From NCBI RefSeq assembly GCF_016026235.1, contig NZ_CP065613.1: 64,000 bases of DNA. One strand, given 5' to 3'. Position 1 is the first letter of the stretch; every line of letters begins with the position of its first letter. This DNA comes from Escherichia coli (GTDB lineage: Bacteria > Pseudomonadota > Gammaproteobacteria > Enterobacterales > Enterobacteriaceae). A program made the translations under genes and the position numbers. Positions 46,019 through 58,030 of this stretch are shown here, one piece after another. The notes under the pieces are model-generated. The model was given only the letters and a program-made list of their open reading frames with translations. It had not been told where the DNA came from and did no database searches.

Positions 46019-47833
46019 ATGATTGTGCGCATACTGCTGCTGTTTATCGCTCTGTTCACCTTTGGTGCGCAGGCGCAGGCTATCAAGGAAAGCTATGCCT
46101 TTGCCGTGCTGGGCGAACCCCGGTACGCGTTTAATTTCAACCATTTTGATTATGTGAACCCCGCCGCGCCAAAAGGTGGGCAGATAACGTTGTCAGCCCT
46201 CGGCACCTTCGATAATTTCAACCGCTATGCACGGCGCGGCAACCCGGGCGCACGCACCGAGCAGTTGTACGACACGCTATTTACGACTTCCGATGACGAA
46301 CCAGGCAGTTATTACCCGCTGATTGCTGAAAGCGCACGCTATGCTGACGATTATTCCTGGGTGGAGGTCGCTATTAATCCGCGCGCCCGTTTTCATGATG
46401 GTTCGCCCATTACTGCCCGCGATGTAGAGTTTACTTTTCAAAAATTTATGACCGAAGGCGTGCCGCAATTTCGTCTGGTCTACAAAGGCACCACCGTCAA
46501 AGCCATTGCGCCGTTAACCGTGCGCATTGAGTTAGCTAAACCCGGCAAAGAAGATATGTTGAGTCTGTTTTCGCTGCCGGTATTTCCAGAAAAGTACTGG
46601 AAGGATCACAAACTTAGCGATCCGCTCGCCACGCCTCCGCTTGCTAGTGGTCCGTACCGAATTACGTCCTGGAAAATGGGGCAAAATATTGTCTATTCCC
46701 GCGTGAAAGATTACTGGGCAGCAAACTTACCGGTAAACCGTGGACGCTGGAATTTCGACACCATTCGCTACGATTATTACCTCGATGATAATGTCGCCTT
46801 TGAAGCGTTTAAAGCAGGTGCTTTTGATTTGCGTATGGAAAACGACGCTAAAAACTGGGCCACGCGTTATACCGGTAAAAATTTCGATAAAAAATACATC
46901 ATCAAAGATGAGCAAAAGAACGAATCAGCCCAGGATACGCGCTGGCTGGCGTTTAATATCCAACGTCCGGTATTCAGCGATCGCCGGGTCCGGGAAGCAA
47001 TCACCCTCGCCTTTGACTTTGAATGGATGAACAAGGCGTTGTTTTACAATGCCTGGAGTCGCACGAACAGTTATTTTCAGAATACCGAATACGCGGCCAG
47101 AAATTACCCCGACGCCGCGGAGCTGGTGCTTCTGGCACCAATGAAAAAAGATCTACCGTCAGAAGTCTTCACACAAATCTACCAGCCGCCGGTATCTAAA
47201 GGCGATGGCTACGATCGTGACAACCTGTTAAAAGCCGACAAACTTCTCAACGAAGCGGGCTGGGTGCTGAAGGGTCAGCAACGCGTTAATGCCACAACGG
47301 GTCAGCCACTCAGCTTTGAATTATTGCTTCCCGCAAGCAGCAATAGTCAGTGGGTATTGCCGTTCCAGCACAGCCTGCAACGGCTGGGTATCAACATGGA
47401 CATTCGCAAGGTGGATAACTCGCAAATCACCAACCGCATGCGCAGTCGCGACTATGACATGATGCCGCGCCTATGGCGGGCGATGCCGTGGCCCAGTTCC
47501 GATTTACAGATTTCCTGGTCATCGGAATATATCAATTCTACTTATAATGCCCCCGGCGTGCAAAGCCCGGTTATCGACTCGCTGATCAACCAAATTATTG
47601 CCGCGCAGGGAAATAAAGAAAAATTACTGCCGTTAGGGCGAGCACTGGATCGCGTATTAACGTGGAATTATTACATGCTGCCAATGTGGTACATGGCGGA
47701 AGACCGTCTCGCCTGGTGGGATAAATTCTCCCAACCCGCTGTGCGCCCTGTTTACAGTCTGGGTATCGATACCTGGTGGTATGATGTTAATAAAGCGGCC
47801 AAACTGCCGTCAGCCAGACAACAGGGAGAGTAG
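46019..47833 (+). CDS. yejA: Peptide/microcin C ABC transporter periplasmic substrate-binding protein
   Basis: ORF 46013..47833 (TTG); likely ATG 46019 ([21 protein letters not shown] signal peptide); family-5 SBP. Confidence 0.9.
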
Positions 47834-48928
47834 ATGGGCGCTTATCTGATTCGCCGTCTGTTGCTGGTGATCCCAACGTTATGGGCGATTATCACTATCA
47901 ACTTTTTCATCGTGCAAATTGCGCCTGGCGGTCCGGTCGACCAGGCCATCGCCGCCATTGAGTTTGGTAATGCCGGAGTATTACCCGGCGCAGGCGGTGA
48001 AGGCGTTCGCGCCAGCCATGCGCAAACGGGCGTCGGTAATATCAGCGACAGTAATTACCGTGGCGGACGCGGATTAGATCCAGAAGTGATCGCCGAGATC
48101 ACTCATCGCTACGGTTTCGATAAGCCGATCCACGAACGTTACTTCAAAATGCTCTGGGACTACATCCGCTTTGATTTTGGCGATAGCCTGTTTCGCAGCG
48201 CCTCGGTGCTGACGCTGATTAAAGACAGTCTGCCGGTTTCCATCACCCTCGGATTGTGGAGCACGCTGATTATCTATCTGGTGTCGATTCCGTTAGGCAT
48301 TCGCAAAGCTGTTTATAATGGGAGCCGCTTTGACGTCTGGAGTAGCGCATTTATCATCATCGGCTACGCCATTCCGGCCTTTTTGTTTGCCATCCTGCTG
48401 ATTGTCTTCTTCGCAGGCGGCAGCTATTTCGACCTGTTCCCTCTACGCGGCCTGGTTTCCGCTAACTTTGATTCGCTGCCGTGGTATCAGAAAATCACCG
48501 ATTATCTGTGGCATATCACGCTGCCGGTGCTGGCGACGGTGATTGGTGGCTTTGCGGCGCTGACTATGCTGACAAAAAACTCATTCCTTGATGAAGTGCG
48601 CAAGCAATACGTGGTGACCGCGCGTGCGAAAGGGGTAAGTGAAAAAAATATTCTCTGGAAACATGTGTTCCGCAACGCCATGCTGCTGGTGATTGCCGGT
48701 TTTCCGGCGACGTTTATCAGCATGTTTTTTACCGGCTCGCTGCTGATTGAGGTGATGTTTTCACTCAATGGTCTTGGCTTACTGGGCTACGAAGCGACCG
48801 TCTCGCGCGATTATCCTGTAATGTTTGGTACCTTGTATATTTTCACCCTGATTGGCCTGCTGCTGAATATTGTCAGTGATATCAGCTATACGCTGGTCGA
48901 TCCGCGTATAGATTTTGAGGGACGTTAA
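47834..48928 (+). CDS. yejB: Peptide ABC transporter permease
   Basis: 364-aa polytopic ORF immediately after yejA. Confidence 0.9.
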
Positions 48929-49953
48929 TGTCGCGACTCAGCCCCGTCAATCAGGCCCGTTGGGCGCGTTTTCGCCATAACCGTCGCGGCTACTGGTCGT
49001 TATGGATTTTCCTCGTTTTGTTTGGTTTGAGTTTGTGTTCTGAACTTATCGCTAACGATAAACCGTTGCTGGTGCGTTATGACGGCAGTTGGTATTTCCC
49101 GTTGTTGAAAAACTACAGCGAAAGCGATTTTGGCGGCCCGCTGGCAAGTCAGGCTGATTATCAGGACCCGTGGCTGAAACAACGGCTGGAAAATAATGGC
49201 TGGGTACTGTGGGCACCGATTCGCTTTGGTGCTACCAGTATCAAATTTGCTACCGATAAGCCCTTCCCTTCTCCCCCCTCCCGGCAAAACTGGCTGGGAA
49301 CGGATGCCAACGGCGGCGATGTGCTGGCACGTATTCTCTATGGCACGCGGATCTCGGTTCTGTTTGGCCTGATGCTGACTCTCTGTTCCAGCGTGATGGG
49401 CGTGCTGGCGGGGGCGCTACAAGGCTATTACGGCGGTAAGGTCGATCTCTGGGGGCAGCGCTTTATTGAAGTATGGTCGGGGATGCCGACGCTGTTTTTG
49501 ATTATTTTACTTTCCAGCGTCGTACAGCCTAACTTCTGGTGGCTGCTGGCAATTACTGTCTTGTTTGGCTGGATGAGTCTGGTCGGCGTGGTGCGGGCGG
49601 AGTTTTTACGTACCCGTAATTTCGACTACATTCGTGCGGCGCAGGCGCTTGGCGTCAGCGATCGCAGTATCATCCTGCGTCATATGTTGCCTAATGCCAT
49701 GGTCGCGACCCTCACCTTTTTACCGTTTATTTTATGTAGTTCGATCACCACCCTGACCTCACTCGATTTCCTCGGCTTCGGTCTGCCGCTCGGTTCACCG
49801 TCACTCGGTGAACTGCTGTTACAAGGGAAAAATAACCTTCAGGCTCCGTGGCTTGGGATCACCGCCTTCTTGTCGGTGGCGATATTATTGTCTTTGCTGA
49901 TCTTTATTGGTGAAGCCGTCCGCGACGCATTTGATCCTAATAAGGCGGTGTAG
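48928..49953 (+). CDS. yejE: Peptide ABC transporter permease
   Basis: 341-aa polytopic ORF overlapping the yejB stop by 1 nt. Confidence 0.9.
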   Translation: MSRLSPVNQARWARFRHNRRGYWSLWIFLVLFGLSLCSELIANDKPLLVRYDGSWYFPLLKNYSESDFGGPLASQADYQDPWLKQRLENNGWVLWAPIRFGATSIKFATDKPFPSPPSRQNWLGTDANGGDVLARILYGTRISVLFGLMLTLCSSVMGVLAGALQGYYGGKVDLWGQRFIEVWSGMPTLFLIILLSSVVQPNFWWLLAITVLFGWMSLVGVVRAEFLRTRNFDYIRAAQALGVSDRSIILRHMLPNAMVATLTFLPFILCSSITTLTSLDFLGFGLPLGSPSLGELLLQGKNNLQAPWLGITAFLSVAILLSLLIFIGEAVRDAFDPNKAV

Positions 49954-49954
49954 C

Positions 49955-51544
49955 ATGACGCAAACTCTGTTAGCGATTGAAGATTTGTCGGTGGGTTTTC
50001 GCCATCAGCAAACCGTACGTACAGTAGTCAATGATGTTTCACTACAGATTGAGGCTGGCGAAACGCTGGCGCTGGTGGGTGAGTCAGGTTCAGGCAAAAG
50101 CGTTACCGCGCTGTCAATTTTACGCCTGCTCCCTTCCCCGCCGGTTGAATATCTCTCCGGCGATATTCGTTTTCATGGCGAATCGCTGCTTCATGCCAGC
50201 GACCAAACGTTGCGCGGTGTACGCGGTAATAAGATCGCCATGATTTTTCAAGAGCCGATGGTGTCGTTAAATCCATTGCATACCCTGGAAAAACAGCTTT
50301 ATGAAGTGCTTTCACTCCACCGCGGGATGCGTCGGGAAGCGGCTCGTGGCGAAATTCTTAACTGCCTTGATCGCGTTGGTATCCGCCAGGCGGCAAAACG
50401 GCTGACAGATTATCCGCATCAGCTCTCCGGCGGCGAACGCCAGCGGGTGATGATTGCGATGGCGCTGTTAACGCGACCGGAATTATTAATTGCCGATGAA
50501 CCGACCACCGCACTGGACGTCTCTGTCCAGGCGCAGATTTTACAGCTGTTGCGCGAACTGCAAGGCGAGTTGAATATGGGCATGCTGTTTATTACTCATA
50601 ACCTCAGCATTGTCAGAAAACTGGCCCACCGCGTGGCGGTAATGCAAAACGGTCGCTGTGTCGAGCAAAATTACGCCGCTACGCTATTTGCCTCACCCAC
50701 TCATCCTTACACACAAAAGCTACTCAACAGTGAACCGTCAGGCGATCCAGTGCCGTTGCCAGAACCTGCCTCAACGTTGCTGGATGTTGAACAGCTTCAG
50801 GTTGCCTTCCCCATTCGCAAAGGGATTTTGAAGCGCATTGTGGATCATAATGTGGTGGTGAAAAACATCAGTTTTACGCTACGAGCGGGTGAAACACTGG
50901 GTTTAGTGGGCGAGTCCGGTTCCGGGAAAAGCACGACGGGACTGGCGCTGCTGCGACTGATTAATTCTCAGGGCAGCATCATCTTTGACGGTCAGCCACT
51001 GCAAAATTTAAATCGCCGCCAGCTGTTACCTATTCGTCATCGCATTCAGGTGGTATTTCAGGATCCAAACTCCTCGCTCAACCCACGACTCAACGTTTTG
51101 CAGATTATTGAGGAAGGCTTACGGGTTCACCAGCCGACGCTTTCTGCCACACAACGCGAACAACAAGTGATAGCCGTGATGCATGAAGTGGGATTAGATC
51201 CTGAAACACGCCACCGTTATCCGGCGGAGTTCTCTGGTGGTCAGCGACAACGTATTGCGATTGCCAGGGCATTAATTCTTAAGCCCTCGCTGATCATACT
51301 TGATGAACCGACATCATCACTCGACAAAACGGTACAGGCGCAAATATTGACGCTATTGAAATCATTGCAACAAAAGCATCAACTGGCCTATTTGTTTATC
51401 AGCCATGATTTGCACGTTGTCCGCGCGTTATGTCATCAGGTTATCGTACTGCGACAAGGGGAAGTAGTGGAACAAGGACCGTGCGCGCGCGTGTTTGCCA
51501 CACCGCAGCAGGAGTATACGCGTCAGCTACTGGCGTTGAGCTGA
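49955..51544 (+). CDS. yejF: Peptide ABC transporter ATP-binding protein (two ABC domains)
   Basis: ORF 49907..51544; conserved start MTQTLLAIEDLSVGF at ATG 49955; two Walker A motifs GESGSGKS. Confidence 0.9.
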   Translation: MTQTLLAIEDLSVGFRHQQTVRTVVNDVSLQIEAGETLALVGESGSGKSVTALSILRLLPSPPVEYLSGDIRFHGESLLHASDQTLRGVRGNKIAMIFQEPMVSLNPLHTLEKQLYEVLSLHRGMRREAARGEILNCLDRVGIRQAAKRLTDYPHQLSGGERQRVMIAMALLTRPELLIADEPTTALDVSVQAQILQLLRELQGELNMGMLFITHNLSIVRKLAHRVAVMQNGRCVEQNYAATLFASPTHPYTQKLLNSEPSGDPVPLPEPASTLLDVEQLQVAFPIRKGILKRIVDHNVVVKNISFTLRAGETLGLVGESGSGKSTTGLALLRLINSQGSIIFDGQPLQNLNRRQLLPIRHRIQVVFQDPNSSLNPRLNVLQIIEEGLRVHQPTLSATQREQQVIAVMHEVGLDPETRHRYPAEFSGGQRQRIAIARALILKPSLIILDEPTSSLDKTVQAQILTLLKSLQQKHQLAYLFISHDLHVVRALCHQVIVLRQGEVVEQGPCARVFATPQQEYTRQLLALS

Positions 51545-51547
51545 CGC

Positions 51548-51892
51548 TTAAAAAGGATTGTAGTTTGAAAAGGGTTCGGCAATTGCCACACCAAAATTTT
51601 TCAATCGGCATGTTGCAGCAAACTCGTCCTGGCGATTTACAAACAGGCACGGCTCACCTTCACACTCCAGCACCGAACATGGAACTTCGATGTCGCTTAA
51701 CGCCTGGCTTAGTTTATACATCACCGACCATGCATTATCACCATCCGGGCTAAGCAATTTAAGCGCCACCAGGCTGTTGTCACCGCACGGTCCATTTTGC
51801 GGAATCGGTTCAACCTTCGAACCTGCGAAACCAGCAGACCAGCGATAGTTCTGCGGCAGTCGATGGACGATTGAGAGTTGTAATGAAGTCAC
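51548..51892 (-). CDS. yejG: YejG, uncharacterised 114-aa protein
   Basis: [21 protein letters not shown]... (GTG start); convergent with yejF, stops 3 nt apart. Confidence 0.85.
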
Positions 51893-52190
51893 TTATTTTC
51901 CCCGGAAGCACATTCACCTCACAATTTGTTTACATCAATTTTAACACATCATCAACAATCCGTCTTTATACAGATCGTAAAGATTGATGCCTCGCCTGCG
52001 TGGCCTCTATGGCTCTGATTTAAGTAATATCTGCGGGCGTGGTCACGTTTGCGGGGCTATATGTACCCGTTTCTGCGATCTAACTCAACCTTTTTAACTA
52101 CAATGATGTGACTTTTTACATAAATTGATTTTACATAAAATAAACATATATCGGGGGAATGATAGATTTGTGGTTGACATGCATCAACAA

Positions 52191-52210
52191 AGGAAGCCTT
52201 TTAGCTTCCT
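52191..52210 (-). terminator. Possible terminator hairpin after bcr
   Basis: aggaagc-ctttta-gcttcct; on the minus strand followed by a weak UUGUUG tract 15 nt past the bcr stop. Confidence 0.4.
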
Positions 52211-52224
52211 CGTTGTGCAATAGA

Positions 52225-53415
52225 TCACCGTTTTTTCGGCCGACTGGCGTACAGACAGAAGAGAATGGAGCTGGTTGCGCAGAATGCAATTGACCAAATC
52301 ATCGGCCATGCAGAGTTAAAGGTCGCAAGAGAAAGCAATGCGCCAACAATTGCCCCTATGCCAAAACGGAAGGTTCCTGCCAGCGAAGATGCCGTTCCCG
52401 CCATATGGGGAAACTCATCAAGAATGACCGCCATCGCATTGGATGACACCATCGACACGCAGTCCACAAACGGCGCAACGCCAACCACCAGCGACCAGAA
52501 TCCCAGCCCCAGCAGCGCACTGATGACCATCCACGCTGCCATAATAAATTGTATCCACAACCCCGAGCGGAACATATTTAACGCGCCAATACGGCGGACG
52601 AAGCGGCTATTAAAGATGGTCATCACGAACAGGAAAACAATGTTTAGTGCAAAGTAATAACCAAAGTTTTCCGGCGCGACGTGGTTAATTTCAATGTAGA
52701 CAAACGGTCCGGCGCTTAAGAACGAGAACATCCCGGCAAAGCTGAAACCACTGGCCAGCATATAACTCAGGACACGCTTATGACGGAACAGCGCCGCAAA
52801 GTTACCAATAGTGGTACGAATGTGAAAAGGCTGGCGACGCTCCGGTGGTAAGGTTTCTTTGATCAGAAAGAAGATCATTGCCGAAGCCAGAATCGCCGCC
52901 ACGGCGAGGATCCAGAAGATGTAATGCCAGCTCAGCCACACCAGCACCCAGCCGCCAACTATCGGTGCCATCAGCGGTGCAATGGTTGTCACCAGCATGA
53001 CAAACGACATCATCCGCGAGAACTCTTCTTTAGGGTAGATATCACGCATCAAAGCGTTGATAACCACGCTGGCCGCAGCCGCCGCCAGCCCGTGGAAGAA
53101 ACGCATCACAATCAGCTGATCGATGGTTTGTGCCAACGCACACGCCACCGCGGCGGCGGCAAACACCAGCGTACCGCCAAGAACCACCGGCTTACGCCCG
53201 AAGCTGTCTGCCATCGGCCCGTAGATTAACTGCCCCAACGCAAAGCCCAGAATATAAGTACTGAGGGTCATCTGCGTACTGCCCGCCGGTACGCCAAACT
53301 GCGCTGAAATTACCGGTAGCGCGGGCAGATACATATCAATCGACAGCGGCATCAACATGGCCAGCAGGCCAAGGATAAAAACAATAGCAAACGACGAATG
53401 CTGTCGGGTGGTCAC
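52225..53415 (-). CDS. bcr: Bicyclomycin/multidrug efflux MFS transporter
   Basis: 396-aa 12-[28 protein letters not shown]... (GTG start). Confidence 0.9.
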   Translation of the reverse strand: MTTRQHSSFAIVFILGLLAMLMPLSIDMYLPALPVISAQFGVPAGSTQMTLSTYILGFALGQLIYGPMADSFGRKPVVLGGTLVFAAAAVACALAQTIDQLIVMRFFHGLAAAAASVVINALMRDIYPKEEFSRMMSFVMLVTTIAPLMAPIVGGWVLVWLSWHYIFWILAVAAILASAMIFFLIKETLPPERRQPFHIRTTIGNFAALFRHKRVLSYMLASGFSFAGMFSFLSAGPFVYIEINHVAPENFGYYFALNIVFLFVMTIFNSRFVRRIGALNMFRSGLWIQFIMAAWMVISALLGLGFWSLVVGVAPFVDCVSMVSSNAMAVILDEFPHMAGTASSLAGTFRFGIGAIVGALLSLATFNSAWPMIWSIAFCATSSILFCLYASRPKKR

Positions 53416-53442
53416 AACGGGCTCCTGAAAGTCATTGAAAAG

Positions 53443-54138
53443 TTAGACGACGCTGGCAATTTCTTCTTCAGTTAACGGACGATATTCACTGGGGGCTAAA
53501 TCAGCATCCAGCGTAATGCCGCCAATACGTTCACGATGCAGCTCAACCACATGGTTACCCACGGCGGCGAACATGCGTTTCACCTGATGATAACGCCCTT
53601 CGCTGATGGTCAGACGAACCTGCGTTGGGGTAATCACTTCCAGCACCGCCGGCTTAGTGAGATCTTTTTCGTTATGCAGCTGCACGCCTTTAGCAAATTG
53701 CTCTGCCGTATCGTCAGCTACGGGTGATTCCAGCGTCACCAGATAAGTCTTCTCGCAATGATGGCGCGGAGAAGTAACGCGGTGTGACCACTGACCATCA
53801 TCTGTCATTAGTACCAGACCGGTGGTATCGATATCCAGCCGCCCTGCGGCGTGCAGTTTCCACGCCACTGGTTCATCTAGAAAATAGAGCACCGTTGGGT
53901 GATCAGGGTCGTCCGTGGAGCAAACATAGCCCTGAGGCTTATTGAGCATGAAGTAACGTGGACCGTGTTGCTGCGCCAGCGGGTTGCCATCGTAAGCGAC
54001 ATCATGTTCAGGAAGCAGTTTGAACGCTGCATTACGGACGATTTCGCCATCGACGGTGACACGATTGCCGCGGATTTCACGCCCGGCAATAGCACGGCTA
54101 ACGCCGAGTTGCTGTGCGATAAATTTATCAAGTCGCAT
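53443..54138 (-). CDS. rsuA: 16S rRNA pseudouridine(516) synthase
   Basis: 231-aa ORF with S4 domain ([15 protein letters not shown]) and RsuA catalytic motif ([10 protein letters not shown]). Confidence 0.95.
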   Translation of the reverse strand: MRLDKFIAQQLGVSRAIAGREIRGNRVTVDGEIVRNAAFKLLPEHDVAYDGNPLAQQHGPRYFMLNKPQGYVCSTDDPDHPTVLYFLDEPVAWKLHAAGRLDIDTTGLVLMTDDGQWSHRVTSPRHHCEKTYLVTLESPVADDTAEQFAKGVQLHNEKDLTKPAVLEVITPTQVRLTISEGRYHQVKRMFAAVGNHVVELHRERIGGITLDADLAPSEYRPLTEEEIASVV

Positions 54139-54286
54139 GTGTGTGATTTTGCCTGTAAAAACGGAGGTCGGGCATTGACCCGAAAATCTGAACTGTTGTC
54201 TGCCCAGTATAGCGGTCTAATAACTTCCCTCAAGGGAAAAAGAACCGTGGCATACTATTAGCAGAATAATCTACCTACGCGAGACC

Positions 54287-56047
54287 ATGATTTTTACACT
54301 CCGCCCATATCAGCAAGAAGCCGTGGATGCCACGCTCAACCATTTTCGTCGTCATAAAACCCCTGCCGTTATCGTGCTGCCCACCGGTGCAGGTAAAAGC
54401 CTGGTGATAGCGGAACTTGCGCGGCTGGCTCGTGGTCGCGTGCTGGTGCTGGCACACGTTAAAGAACTGGTGGCGCAAAACCATGCAAAGTATCAGGCGC
54501 TGGGGCTGGAAGCCGATATTTTTGCCGCCGGGCTAAAGCGCAAAGAGAGCCACGGTAAAGTGGTATTTGGCAGCGTGCAGTCGGTCGCCCGTAATCTTGA
54601 TGCCTTTCAGGGTGAATTTTCGCTGTTGATTGTCGATGAATGTCACCGTATTGGTGACGATGAAGAGAGCCAGTATCAGCAAATCCTCACTCACCTGACA
54701 AAAGTGAATCCCCACTTACGCCTGCTGGGGCTGACTGCCACGCCTTTTCGACTGGGCAAAGGCTGGATCTACCAGTTCCATTATCACGGCATGGTACGCG
54801 GCGATGAGAAAGCCCTTTTCCGTGACTGCATTTATGAACTGCCGCTGCGTTATATGATTAAACACAGCTATCTGACGCCGCCAGAACGACTGGATATGCC
54901 AGTAGTGCAATACGATTTCAGCCGCTTGCAGGCACAGAGTAATGGGCTGTTCAGCGAAGCCGATCTCAACCGCGAGCTAAAAAAACAACAACGTATTACC
55001 CCGCACATCATCAGCCAGATTATGGAGTTTGCTGCAACGCGCAAAGGGGTGATGATTTTCGCCGCCACCGTTGAACACGCAAAAGAGATTGTGGGATTAC
55101 TACCCGCCGAAGATGCTGCACTGATTACTGGCGACACCCCCGGCGCTGAGCGCGATGTGTTAATTGAAGATTTTAAAGCCCAGCGTTTTCGCTATCTGGT
55201 CAACGTCGCGGTACTGACCACCGGATTTGACGCCCCGCACGTCGATCTTATCGCCATTCTGCGCCCTACCGAATCAGTGAGTCTTTACCAACAAATTGTC
55301 GGGCGCGGTCTGCGTCTCGCTCCGGGCAAGACTGATTGTTTAATTCTTGATTATGCGGGTAATCCTCACGATCTCTACGCGCCGGAAGTTGGTACACCGA
55401 AAGGCAAAAGTGACAACGTTCCGGTACAGGTTTTCTGCCCTGCCTGCGGTTTTGCCAACACCTTTTGGGGGAAAACGACCGCCGACGGGACATTGATTGA
55501 ACACTTTGGTCGCCGCTGTCAGGGATGGTTTGAAGATGACGACGGTCATCGCGAACAGTGTGACTTCCGTTTCCGTTTTAAAAATTGCCCGCAATGTAAC
55601 GCAGAAAATGATATTGCCGCTCGCCGCTGCCGCGAATGTGACACGGTACTGGTTGATCCGGATGATATGTTAAAAGCGGCGCTACGACTGAAAGATGCGC
55701 TGGTATTACGCTGTAGCGGCATGTCTTTGCAGCATGGGCACGACGAGAAAGGCGAATGGTTGAAAATCACCTATTACGATGAAGACGGCGCGGATGTGAG
55801 TGAGCGTTTCCGTCTGCAAACGCCCGCCCAGCGTACCGCCTTCGAGCAGCTTTTTATCCGCCCGCATACGCGCACACCGGGCATCCCTCTGCGCTGGATC
55901 ACCGCCGCCGATATCCTCGCCCAGCAAGCCTTATTGCGACACCCGGATTTTGTCGTTGCCCGCATGAAAGGTCAGTACTGGCAAGTGCGTGAAAAAGTGT
56001 TCGATTACGAAGGTCGTTTTCGTCGGGCGCACGAATTACGCGGTTAA
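54287..56047 (+). CDS. radD: Superfamily-2 ATP-dependent DNA helicase-like repair protein
   Basis: 586-aa ORF with Walker [13 protein letters not shown] box, and C-terminal zinc-finger-like CxxC pairs. Confidence 0.9.
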   Translation: MIFTLRPYQQEAVDATLNHFRRHKTPAVIVLPTGAGKSLVIAELARLARGRVLVLAHVKELVAQNHAKYQALGLEADIFAAGLKRKESHGKVVFGSVQSVARNLDAFQGEFSLLIVDECHRIGDDEESQYQQILTHLTKVNPHLRLLGLTATPFRLGKGWIYQFHYHGMVRGDEKALFRDCIYELPLRYMIKHSYLTPPERLDMPVVQYDFSRLQAQSNGLFSEADLNRELKKQQRITPHIISQIMEFAATRKGVMIFAATVEHAKEIVGLLPAEDAALITGDTPGAERDVLIEDFKAQRFRYLVNVAVLTTGFDAPHVDLIAILRPTESVSLYQQIVGRGLRLAPGKTDCLILDYAGNPHDLYAPEVGTPKGKSDNVPVQVFCPACGFANTFWGKTTADGTLIEHFGRRCQGWFEDDDGHREQCDFRFRFKNCPQCNAENDIAARRCRECDTVLVDPDDMLKAALRLKDALVLRCSGMSLQHGHDEKGEWLKITYYDEDGADVSERFRLQTPAQRTAFEQLFIRPHTRTPGIPLRWITAADILAQQALLRHPDFVVARMKGQYWQVREKVFDYEGRFRRAHELRG

Positions 56048-56059
56048 TGGTAGTTTTGA

Positions 56060-56456
<397 letters not shown>

Positions 56457-56472
56457 TTGCTGAATAAGTTGT

Positions 56473-56500
56473 AAAAAACCCCGCTCCGGCGGGGTTTTTT
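56473..56500. terminator. Bidirectional Rho-independent terminator between rplY and yejK
   Basis: aaaaaa-ccccgc-tccg-gcgggg-tttttt; the A and T tracts on either side allow function on both strands. Confidence 0.8.
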
Positions 56501-56545
56501 GTATCTGCAGATTATGCCTGATTACGGTATTGCTATTTTTTGCAG

Positions 56546-56575
56546 GCCAGATAAGGCGTTCACGCCGCATCTGGC
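56546..56575. repeat. REP-like palindrome
   Basis: gccagataaggcgttcacgccgcatctggc, a REP variant (GCCAGAT/ATCTGGC arms). Confidence 0.6.
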
Positions 56576-56594
56576 ATTCAGAACACAAAACCGA

Positions 56595-57602
56595 TTAATT
56601 GCCGCCAGACGTCCGGCGCTGCAATTGGTCGCGCAAATTCGGCGGCGTGCCTTTAATGGTCAAGGTATCGGTTGCTGGATCCCAGAAGATGCGTTCACCT
56701 AACAGCATCGCATCAAAGTTAATAGTCAAGCCACCGCCGCTACCGGCAAACTTCGTCAACTGACGCAGTGTGCTACGGTCTGCCGGGAAGCTCTCTTCCA
56801 GTTCGTAGCCTTTTTCAGCCGCAAACTCCGTGAAGCTCACTTCGCTTACGCCTGCCAGCTCTTTCGACAGCGATTCCAGTTCAATCTCTTCGCCTGCCTG
56901 CAGCTGCTCATTACAGTAGCTATAAACCTGCTGGCGCACGTTCTGTCGCTCTGCTTTATCCAGTTGTGCTTCGGCAGTGAAATCATCAACCGCTTGCAAC
57001 AGCCCACGGTTTTGCGCTTTCGCGTTTAACCCTTCGCTGGCCCCGAGGAAATCCATAAAGAAATCCGCCACTTTGCGCCCTACTCGCCCTTTCAGGAAAG
57101 TGAGATAGCGGGTCGACTCTGGATTGGTTTCCCATTCGGTTAAATCGATACGCGCAACAATATCCGCATGATTGATATCAAGATAATGGGTTGGGTTGAT
57201 GTCGAGATTTTCGTTAACGCGCATACTGCTCAGGTTGCTCAGGACTGCCACCAGCAGATACTCCACCGCCAGATAACGGTAGTGGCAAAACAGCACGAAT
57301 CCACCGTCAGCAAAAGGATATTTCGCTAATTCGTCACGCAGGCGACCGGTTGCCGCGCGGCTAAATGCCAGAAAGTCCTCTTCGCCCTGACGCTGTAAGC
57401 GCAGCGTCTGCGCCAGTTCACTCTCTTCGCTAAACAAGCCGTAAGCTTTATTTTTGGCGCTATAGACCCGATGCAGTTCTGCCACCATCTCAACGACGGT
57501 TTCTGTCGGTTCCAGCAATGAATCGCGCAACACCAGCTCAAGGTTCTGCTCATCACGCTTGATAAGCTGGTGCAGAGCAATCTGGTTGATATCCAGACTC
57601 AT
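56595..57602 (-). CDS. yejK: Nucleoid-associated protein YejK (NdpA)
   Basis: 335-aa [33 protein letters not shown]... Confidence 0.9.
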
Positions 57603-57783
57603 GATAAACTCTCCTTTAAGACCGGGCGGTATTCAACCACCGCCGGTTAAGCGACGCAATAAAAGATGGCGGTCATTTTACAGAAGGCAGCGTAACGAGA
57701 ATGATTTAACGCATAAAAAAGCAGAAAAAAAACCGTTGCTACGGTAATATGTTGCCCTTTCATCAACTAACTGATTTCGATTT

Positions 57784-58011
57784 ATGCCACAAATTTCCCG
57801 CTACAGTGATGAACAGGTTGAACAATTGCTCGCAGAGCTGCTCAACGTACTGGAAAAACATAAGGCTCCGACCGACCTTTCCCTGATGGTGTTAGGCAAC
57901 ATGGTCACTAACCTTATCAACACCAGCATTGCCCCGGCCCAACGCCAGGCAATTGCCAACTCTTTTGCCCGCGCCTTACAGTCCTCTATCAACGAAGACA
58001 AAGCGCACTAA
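57784..58011 (+). CDS. yejL: YejL, UPF0352 small protein
   Basis: 75-aa [44 protein letters not shown]... Confidence 0.9.
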
Positions 58012-58030
58012 GGGAAACAGATAACAGGTT

